A program made the position numbers and the translations under genes. Positions 25,358 to 32,000 of a stretch of DNA of 32,000 bases are shown here, in pieces (positions within the stretch are counted from its first letter, which is position 1; each line of letters opens with the position of its first letter). Source of the DNA: Candidatus Nitrospira inopinata (GTDB lineage Bacteria; Nitrospirota; Nitrospiria; Nitrospirales; Nitrospiraceae); the NCBI RefSeq assembly GCF_001458695.1, contig NZ_LN885086.1:720001-752000 (forward strand), in the 5' to 3' direction. The notes under the pieces are model-generated. The model did not search any database, was not told where the DNA came from, and worked only from the letters and a program-made list of their open reading frames with translations.

Positions 25358-25701
25358 TTCGCGTCATTCTTGTCGGAATTTTGCTGCTCCTCTCGCTGGC
25401 GTTCTTTCTCCAGAACCAGGAGCAGGAGGTGACGCTCCGGTATTTCTTCGGGCTGTTGGAGGAATCAACGCCGGTGTATAAGCCGATTTTGGCGGGTTTC
25501 GTCGTCGGTCTGCTGGTCGCCGGCATCTTGTTGTTTCCACCGTGGATCAGAGGGCGGATCGAGCTTCGACGGAAGATGCGCGCGCTTCAAGAAGCGGAGG
25601 TCGATCTGGAACGCCTCCGACAGTCGTTCGAAAAATTATCCGTTCGGCCGGCGAGTCCCTCTTCCCTTGAACATCCCCAGGATCACACCGATGAACGATG
25701 A
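25354..25701 (+). CDS. LapA-like (DUF1049) small inner-membrane protein
   Basis: 115 aa from the ATG at 25354. It has two TM helices (MIRVILVGILLLLSLAFFL and ILAGFVVGLLVAGILLF) followed by a charged helical tail (RRKMRALQEAEVDLERLRQ). The ORF track start at 25141 lies inside tsaE. Confidence 0.6.
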   Translation: MIRVILVGILLLLSLAFFLQNQEQEVTLRYFFGLLEESTPVYKPILAGFVVGLLVAGILLFPPWIRGRIELRRKMRALQEAEVDLERLRQSFEKLSVRPASPSSLEHPQDHTDER

Positions 25702-28270
25702 GGATTTGTCCCCCCTCATGCGCCAGTACAGAGCGATCAAGCACCGCTATCCCCACGCGATTCTGTTTTTCCGTGTCGGCGATTTCTACGAGATGTTTTT
25801 CGAGGATGCGGAAACGGCCTCGCGGCTTCTTTCCATCGCCTTGACATCCCGCGACAAACAGAGTCCTCAGCCGGTTCCACTCTGCGGGGTTCCCCACCAT
25901 GCCGCGACCGGCTACATTGCCAAGCTGCTCAAGGCGGGGAAAACCGTTGCGCTCTGCGAGCAAGTCGAAGACCCCAAAATGACAAAGGGCCTTGTCCGTC
26001 GCGAGGTAGTCCGCCTGTATACGCCGGGGACCCTGGTTGATACGGACTTGCTTGCGCCCAACGAATCAAATTATCTCTCCGCGCTGTCATTCCGACCGAA
26101 TACCGACCGGCCGACGCTCATTGGATTGGCGGCGCTTGATGCCTCAACGGGAGAATTTTGGGTCACGGAATTCCACGGCCCCCATGCAATTCCCTTGGCA
26201 TCTGATGAGTTGTCGAGACTTGAACCTCGAGAGGTCTTGCTTCCGAGCGGCTTTGCCGGAGAGGCGAGGATGATGTGGGCCGAGAGGATGAAAGGAGCCC
26301 GCCTGTGCGAGCGACATCCGTCTTCTTTCGATCGACAAGCGAGCATCCGATTGTTGCTCGACCAATTTCGCGTTCCGTCGCTTGACGTATTCGGCTGTCA
26401 AGACCTCACTGCCGGCATAGAGGCGGCCGGGGCCGTCCTTCAGTATGTTCGAGAAAGTCAACCCGGCGCCTCCTCGACGCATATTCGCCGCATTGCCGTT
26501 CGGCGACGCAAAGAGTTCATGCATCTCGATGGTTCGACGATCCGCAATCTGGAACTTCTCAGACCGATGGCCCCTGTTCAAGACGGATCCCGCTCTATGA
26601 AGGCCGATTTGATTTCCACGCTCGACCGCACGTCGACGGCCATGGGCGCCCGTTTGCTGCGCGAGTGGATCGTCAGACCGCTGGTTGACTGCGACCAAAT
26701 CCGGGCGAGGCACGAGGCCGTGGGGGAGCTCAAAGATCGATGGGAAGAACGAACGGCCATCCGCGCCTGCCTGCGGGAGGTGCAGGACATGGCTCGCCTC
26801 GGGAGCCGTATCGCGCTGGGCTACAGCACCCCGCGCGAGTTGCTGGCGGTGAAAAAATCGCTGAGCGTGTTGCCGACGTTGTTTGCTCTTCTCGATTCTT
26901 TCAAAAGCTCGTTGCTGGCCGAGATTCGAAAGTCTTCGGACGACGGGAAGGACCTTCACGATATCATTGAACAGGCCATTCATCCCGATGCTCCGCTCTC
27001 GACTCACGATTTGAACATCATCAAGGACGGTTACCACCCGGAAATCGACGAATGGCGAAAGGCGAGGAAGGAGGGGAGGCAATGGATCGCCGACCTTGAA
27101 GGCAAAGAGCGTAGCAAAACCGGGATCGATTCATTAAAAGTTCGTTACAACCAAGTACACGGCTATTACATCGAGGTGACAAAATCCAACCTTCATCGTG
27201 TGCCGCCCGATTATATTCGGAAACAGACCCTGGTCGGCGCCGAGCGATTCATGACTCAGGAATTACGCGCCTTGGAGGAGCGAATCACGACCGCCGATGT
27301 CAAACTGGCGGCCTTGGAGCAAGAAGTCTTTGGGGCCGTGTTGAGCCGATTATCCGCCGAGGCCCATCGGCTGGAAAAAATCGCGTCGCAACTCGCGTTA
27401 ATCGACGTGATCGCCGGACTTGCCGAGACCGCCGCCTTGCATCGCTACACGAAGCCGCTCGTCGATAACAGTGGGGGCATCGCCATACGAGAAGGTCGCC
27501 ATCCGATCGTTGAGCAGCTTCGAGATGATCGTTCCTTCGTGCCGAATGACACGGTGCTTGATCTCGAAGACCATCGCCTCCATATCCTGACCGGCCCGAA
27601 CATGGCGGGGAAAAGCACCTATCTTCGGCAGGTGGCCTTGATCGTCTTGATGGCGCAACTGGGGAGTTTCGTGCCGGCGACCTCCGCGCACATCGGTGTA
27701 GTGGATCGCATTTTCACTCGCGTCGGCGCCTCGGATAATCTGTCCGGCGGTCTCAGCACCTTCATGGTGGAAATGGTCGAAACCGCACACATTCTCAACA
27801 ATGCAACCCCGCGAAGTTTGATCCTCCTCGATGAGATCGGCCGCGGAACAAGCACCTACGACGGTCTGAGCATCGCGTGGGCCGTGGCGGAATACATCCA
27901 CGACCGAGGAAAGCTGGGAGCCCGCACCCTCTTCGCAACCCACTATCACGAATTGGCTCAACTTGCGCTTCAGCGGGAGGGAATCAAAAACTATCGCGTG
28001 GCGGTACAGGAACGGGACGGGGACGTGATCTTCCTTCACAAAATTATTGAAGGAGGAGCCGATCGAAGTTACGGCATCCACGTGGCCAAGCTGGCGGGAT
28101 TACCCGATTGCGTGATCGAACGAGCGACCGCCATCTTATCGCAGTTGGAGGAGCCGGAGGCCCGCCTCACTCAACGAGACGGTGGCCCGTCAGGCTCTCC
28201 GCTCCAACCATCCCCGCAACCTCATTCTTTGGCCGGGAGCGAGAAGCAGATGGACCTGTTCGCTTCGTAA
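25691..28270 (+). CDS. mutS: DNA mismatch repair protein MutS
   Basis: The ATG at 25691 (MNDEDLSPLMRQYRAIK...FFRVGDFYEMFFEDA) gives the mismatch-binding domain. The track start at 25667 is a TTG. The Walker A motif is GPNMAGKSTYLRQ, and LILLDEIGRGTSTYDG and FATHYHEL are also present. Confidence 0.95.
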   Translation: MNDEDLSPLMRQYRAIKHRYPHAILFFRVGDFYEMFFEDAETASRLLSIALTSRDKQSPQPVPLCGVPHHAATGYIAKLLKAGKTVALCEQVEDPKMTKGLVRREVVRLYTPGTLVDTDLLAPNESNYLSALSFRPNTDRPTLIGLAALDASTGEFWVTEFHGPHAIPLASDELSRLEPREVLLPSGFAGEARMMWAERMKGARLCERHPSSFDRQASIRLLLDQFRVPSLDVFGCQDLTAGIEAAGAVLQYVRESQPGASSTHIRRIAVRRRKEFMHLDGSTIRNLELLRPMAPVQDGSRSMKADLISTLDRTSTAMGARLLREWIVRPLVDCDQIRARHEAVGELKDRWEERTAIRACLREVQDMARLGSRIALGYSTPRELLAVKKSLSVLPTLFALLDSFKSSLLAEIRKSSDDGKDLHDIIEQAIHPDAPLSTHDLNIIKDGYHPEIDEWRKARKEGRQWIADLEGKERSKTGIDSLKVRYNQVHGYYIEVTKSNLHRVPPDYIRKQTLVGAERFMTQELRALEERITTADVKLAALEQEVFGAVLSRLSAEAHRLEKIASQLALIDVIAGLAETAALHRYTKPLVDNSGGIAIREGRHPIVEQLRDDRSFVPNDTVLDLEDHRLHILTGPNMAGKSTYLRQVALIVLMAQLGSFVPATSAHIGVVDRIFTRVGASDNLSGGLSTFMVEMVETAHILNNATPRSLILLDEIGRGTSTYDGLSIAWAVAEYIHDRGKLGARTLFATHYHELAQLALQREGIKNYRVAVQERDGDVIFLHKIIEGGADRSYGIHVAKLAGLPDCVIERATAILSQLEEPEARLTQRDGGPSGSPLQPSPQPHSLAGSEKQMDLFAS

Positions 28271-28351
28271 TGTCTTTTACTCTCTTTGCTATACGGAGAG
28301 GGATGAGGGACGGCCAACAGTCAGACGTAAGTTTGCAGGCTACGAAAAAGA

Positions 28352-28384
28352 AAGGGCGACCCTCCCTTAAGGAAGGTCGCCCTT
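28352..28384 (-). terminator. Rho-independent terminator for the 28407-29063 gene (may also stop mutS read-through)
   Basis: A 10-bp stem AAGGGCGACC (28352-28361) / GGTCGCCCTT (28375-28384) with a partly paired 13-nt interior. Read on the minus strand, it is followed by TCTTTTTCG. Confidence 0.6.
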
Positions 28385-28406
28385 CGTCGAGAACTCTAAA
28401 TCGCTC

Positions 28407-29063
28407 TCAGTGCGGCATGTTGTACTGTGCCGTCCAAGGAATCAACCCACCGACTGGTTTCCCCCCAGGAAGCATCACGTCGTATTGCATGATCGGCTCA
28501 ACACTGAAGGTATTGAGCCCTGTCTTTGCCTTGGCACAAGACGGTTCTAACTCGTGCTTCCCCTGGCATTCTTTGAACTGAAGCGCCGAAATGCTGAGGG
28601 GCTTTCCCGGAGCACCGGTCACTTCCGGAAGTTTCTTGACCGACAAGATCACTCGATGGTTCTGCTCCTTTTCAACGGCCACGAACTCAATGAGATCCGT
28701 CGTGCTGCCCGGAGGCACCTCTTTGGCTGCGGCAGGGCCCGCATGAACACGGCCCATTTTTTTCAATTCGTCCCACGCTCCCTTTTCCGCGTAGAGTTTA
28801 AGAGTCTTCCCTGGATGCACTTTCTGCCACCAAAGCCCGCTCTCGGCATTCCCACCATACACGGCGATATTGATCCAGACGGCCTCATCATAGGGATCGA
28901 GCACAATGACCCGACCTTGAAGAGTGGTAGGTTTGCTCATGTCCCCCCACTCGAACCTTTCTTGAAACGACTCAATGGCCCATGTCGTCGAAGTCATTCC
29001 GGCCAGCAATAGAACCGCGGCCAGGAGCATTCCGCCTTGTTTCTTGAGCCTCATTATCCTCAC
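28407..29063 (-). CDS. secreted hypothetical protein
   Basis: 218 aa with an N-terminal signal peptide MRIMRLKKQGGMLLAAVLLLAGMTSTTWA|IE. No motif recognised. Confidence 0.6.
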   Translation of the reverse strand: MRIMRLKKQGGMLLAAVLLLAGMTSTTWAIESFQERFEWGDMSKPTTLQGRVIVLDPYDEAVWINIAVYGGNAESGLWWQKVHPGKTLKLYAEKGAWDELKKMGRVHAGPAAAKEVPPGSTTDLIEFVAVEKEQNHRVILSVKKLPEVTGAPGKPLSISALQFKECQGKHELEPSCAKAKTGLNTFSVEPIMQYDVMLPGGKPVGGLIPWTAQYNMPH

Positions 29064-29105
29064 CTTTTCCTCCTTGTAAAAGGTCGCGCCTGCAAATAAG
29101 CGCCT

Positions 29106-29621
29106 TTAGTCTTTCAACACTTTGAAGCCGGTAATCGTCCGACCATCCAAGGTTACTTCCATGGCCACAAGCTCCTGGGAGGCCTTGATGATTTTATCCA
29201 TTAACGCCTTGTCTTTGACTGCCAGACGGACCGTAGTGGCGGCGTGGTACCAGCCGGAGTATGGGTTGTTCTTATCGACGCCTCCGACAAATCCCCATGC
29301 GCAGCATGTGAACAACGGATCCGGCGGCTTGACGTCCAACATGGTTGAAGATCGCCCCGACGGAGTTCCGGAAGCAGGCTCCCCGGAATTCCAATACTGG
29401 ATGCCGAAGAGGAGTTCACCATCCGGATTATCGGCCCACTGTGACCAGACTCGCCCTTGAAGGGTTTTGAGCGGAGACTCGGCCTTCAGAGGCTTGCCGC
29501 CCACGACCGCGTCGGCAATTCCAATGCGTTCCACGCTTCCGTCAGCGAACACGGATTCGGCCGTTAAGAGAGCTGTGGCTAGGAACGTTCCCATGGCAGC
29601 TAGGATGAGTGCCCGTTTCAT
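29106..29621 (-). CDS. secreted hypothetical protein
   Basis: 171 aa with a signal peptide MKRALILAAMGTFLATALLTAESVFA|DG. No motif recognised. It lies 42 nt upstream of the previous secreted ORF on the same strand. Confidence 0.6.
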   Translation of the reverse strand: MKRALILAAMGTFLATALLTAESVFADGSVERIGIADAVVGGKPLKAESPLKTLQGRVWSQWADNPDGELLFGIQYWNSGEPASGTPSGRSSTMLDVKPPDPLFTCCAWGFVGGVDKNNPYSGWYHAATTVRLAVKDKALMDKIIKASQELVAMEVTLDGRTITGFKVLKD

Positions 29622-29945
29622 TTTCGTCCCTCCTTACAACGAGTGTCGATAAGACAATTTTCTCTCTTGCGTCAGGCCGCATACAGACTTCCGTCTGGCC
29701 CGACATCTACCAACTTGTTCTTCCTCAGCCGGCGAATCGTCTCTCTCGTACTTGTCGATGCCTTTTCACGATCGAGTTTTAAAGCAAACAGACCGCCGTG
29801 GAACGGTACTGAAACCTTGCTTTTATGTCAAGGAAATGTTTCCCTCACCCGCACGTTGCCGACTATAGCACCGCGAAGTCTTGAAAATCAATCGGTTACA
29901 ATGATTTTCCGGGCCCATCAGTTCTGGGATCTTTTTCAACCGCTT

Positions 29946-31274
29946 TCACTGTCTGAGTACGGCCGCCTGACGCGACGAGAGCGGTCCCAAACACGTGATG
30001 GCCAGGGTCTTCTGATCAAAGAGACCTTGGGCGACACGAGCCACGCGCGGCAGAGAGAGTTCGTCAATATCCATCAGCATTTGTTCGAGACTCGTATGTT
30101 GGCCGGCGATCAGCTCGTCTTTGGCGAGCTTGTTCATCCGGCTGTGTGAGCTTTCCAGGCTGAGCATTAAACTGCCTTTCATTTGTTCCTTCGCTCGCCT
30201 CAACTCTTCTCCTTCAATGCCGTGAGCCGCAATCTTCCTGATTTCCCGCCTGATCACGTCAAGCACACGTTCCACTTCCCGAGCTCTGGTTCCGGCATAG
30301 ATCGTAATGGTCCCCCCATCGGAGTATCCGGATAAAAACGAATAAATCGAGTAAGCCAGTCCTCGTTTCTCGCGAACTTCTTGGAAGAGACGAGAGCTCA
30401 CGCTTCCGCCGAGCACGGTATTCAACGCATACACCGCGTAGCGATCTTTATGGCCGGCGGCAACCCCTTTGAGCCCGACGCAGAGATGCACCTGCTCCAG
30501 CGGTTTCCGCTTGAGAATCACGCCGCCGCAAATCTCCGGCGGCCAGCGTTTTCGTCCGTTGGCGCCATCGGGAGAGACGGGAGAGCGGTGGTTCCCGAAG
30601 AAACGATCAATCACTCTGTCCAGGCGGTTTTGGTCGAAATTTCCCGCGACGGCGAGCACCATGTCTTTCGGCTGATAGTGCATCGCGAGATAACGGCGCA
30701 AATCGTCCCGTCGCAGTCCGGCGATCGTGGATTCCAGGCCAAGAACCGGTCGGCTGAGAGGATGACGCCCCATCACAAGCCCGGTGTGGAGTTCCTGAAC
30801 CAAGTCCTCCGGATCGTCTTGCACCATGCGAATTTCTTCAAGCACGACCTGCTTTTCCTTTTCGATTTCCTTGGGGCTGAGGCGGGATCGGTATAAAAGG
30901 TCCGCGAGCAGTTCGAGGGCTTGAGGGAGATGCTGATCGAGCACTTTGACATAAAACGTCGTCGTCTCGCGGGTGGTGAAGGCGTTCATTTCGCCTCCGA
31001 GCGCATCGATCTCTCGGGAGATGTCGATGGCCGAGCGGGTCTCCGTTCCCTTGAACAACATGTGTTCAAGAAAGTGGGAATACCCGGCTTCCGAAGGGGT
31101 TTCATCGCGGGAGCCGGCATTGACCCACATGCCGACCGTCACGGACTTGAGCGTGGGGATCCGTTCGGTGACCAGCCGAATTCCGTTATCAAGCACGCGT
31201 TTTCGATACGACGAACCGCTTTGCGGCTTACCCCTTTGCACCGCCTTCACCCTCGCCGGGAACCGGCATCGCAT
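29946..31274 (-). CDS. M16-family (pitrilysin/insulinase-like) zinc peptidase
   Basis: It has the inverted zinc motif [11 protein letters not shown] plus a downstream E ([14 protein letters not shown]), with a typical length of 416-442 aa. The ATG at 31274 overlaps pnp by 47 nt. A GTG at 31196 (VLDNGIRLV...) would be a non-overlapping alternative start. Confidence 0.85.
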   Translation of the reverse strand: MRCRFPARVKAVQRGKPQSGSSYRKRVLDNGIRLVTERIPTLKSVTVGMWVNAGSRDETPSEAGYSHFLEHMLFKGTETRSAIDISREIDALGGEMNAFTTRETTTFYVKVLDQHLPQALELLADLLYRSRLSPKEIEKEKQVVLEEIRMVQDDPEDLVQELHTGLVMGRHPLSRPVLGLESTIAGLRRDDLRRYLAMHYQPKDMVLAVAGNFDQNRLDRVIDRFFGNHRSPVSPDGANGRKRWPPEICGGVILKRKPLEQVHLCVGLKGVAAGHKDRYAVYALNTVLGGSVSSRLFQEVREKRGLAYSIYSFLSGYSDGGTITIYAGTRAREVERVLDVIRREIRKIAAHGIEGEELRRAKEQMKGSLMLSLESSHSRMNKLAKDELIAGQHTSLEQMLMDIDELSLPRVARVAQGLFDQKTLAITCLGPLSSRQAAVLRQ

Positions 31275-32000
31275 CTTTTCGGCTGAGTCGAATCTTGCCC
31301 TGCTTGTCGATTTCCAGCACCTTCACCAGCACTTGATCGCCTTCGGCCACTTCATCCGACACGGCCTTCACCCGATGGTGCGCCAACTGCGAAATGTGGA
31401 CCAATCCGTCAACGCCCGGCAACACTTCGACGAACGCTCCGAAATCCATGATCTTTTTCACCGTGCCCAAGTAGATCTTGCCGACTTCCACCTCTTCGGT
31501 GAGTCGGGCGATGATGTCTCGGGCCTTTTGCAGCGACGCCTCATCCGAAGACGCAATCGTGACGATGCCGCTGTCTTCGACGTTCACCTTGACGCCGCAA
31601 TCGGCTTGGATGCTCCGAATCGTTTTCCCTCCTTGACCGATGATTTCCCGAATTTTGTCTTGCTTGACCTTCATCGTAAAGATGCGCGGCGCGAACGGCG
31701 ACAAGTTAGGGCGAGCGCCGGAAAGCGCTTTGCTCATGTGCTCCAGTATGTGAATCCGTCCGACGCGGGCCTGCTCCAACGCCCGAAGCATCAGCTCCGT
31801 CGTAATCCCCCCGATCTTGATGTCCATCTGCAACGCTGTCACGCCGTTTTTCGTCCCGCACACTTTGAAATCCATATCGCCGAGATGGTCCTCGAGACCG
31901 AGAATATCGGACAGGATCATCACGCGGTCCCCTTCCTTGATAAGCCCCATCGCGATTCCGGCGACCGGTTCCTTGATCGGCACCCCCGCGTCCATCATCG
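31228..32000 (-). CDS. pnp: polyribonucleotide nucleotidyltransferase (PNPase), C-terminal part; 5' end outside window
   Basis: It has the second RNase-PH domain motif [22 protein letters not shown], the KH domain ([11 protein letters not shown]) and the S1 domain ([33 protein letters not shown]). The frame is open to the window edge. Confidence 0.95.
   Translation of the reverse strand, partial: MMDAGVPIKEPVAGIAMGLIKEGDRVMILSDILGLEDHLGDMDFKVCGTKNGVTALQMDIKIGGITTELMLRALEQARVGRIHILEHMSKALSGARPNLSPFAPRIFTMKVKQDKIREIIGQGGKTIRSIQADCGVKVNVEDSGIVTIASSDEASLQKARDIIARLTEEVEVGKIYLGTVKKIMDFGAFVEVLPGVDGLVHISQLAHHRVKAVSDEVAEGDQVLVKVLEIDKQGKIRLSRKDAMPVPGEGEGGAKG

Noticed and set aside
26144-27082. 312-aa minus-strand ORF, with the similar 27398-28081 (227 aa) ORF
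   Set aside because: Both are antisense to mutS, whose identity is unambiguous.

Overview
The window looks like a bacterial chromosome of about 58-60% GC. An AmoC/PmoC-family gene, an archaeal-type SAM synthetase and the gene order suggest a nitrifier, possibly Nitrospira-like, but that is inference only. About two thirds is housekeeping:
- a partial archaeal-type methionine adenosyltransferase and a DUF2459-like lipoprotein;
- a YkgJ-type Cys-cluster protein, an HU protein and a MoaD/ThiS-like protein;
- a minus-strand aspartate-family operon (aminotransferase-hom-thrC-ApgM-like-lysC);
- pdxJ, nnr, tsaE, a LapA-like membrane protein and mutS;
- two small secreted proteins, an M16 peptidase and the 3' end of pnp.

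Three tRNA genes are present (Lys-CTT, Arg-CCG, Glu-TTC). A stand-alone amoC/pmoC-like gene lies next to tRNA-Glu.

The stand-out is a lower-GC accessory segment (about 43-50% by spot counts) at roughly 1.9-11.5 kb. It begins directly downstream of the 3' end of tRNA-Lys. It carries one tightly packed minus-strand operon:
1. a truncated-looking PLD(HKD)-nuclease ORF;
2. a MotA/ExbB-like membrane protein with a C-terminal helical tail of about 400 aa;
3. a MotB-like protein with an OmpA-type peptidoglycan-binding domain;
4. a 460-523 aa protein whose position and C-terminal E/H motifs fit the EH-signature family;
5. an 1151 aa SNF2 helicase fused to an Mrr-like PD-(D/E)xK nuclease.

Genes 2-5 match the Zorya type I anti-phage architecture (zorABCD). 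There are no flagellar or Ton/Tol genes nearby that would explain the stator-like pair.

Several things are unusual about this copy:
- the PLD ORF is joined to zorA by an ATGA overlap;
- zorD carries the Mrr fusion;
- the locus has a tRNA-proximal island setting without a visible integrase;
- the host context is unusual for this system.

All domain calls come from reading motifs in the translations. No searches were run.
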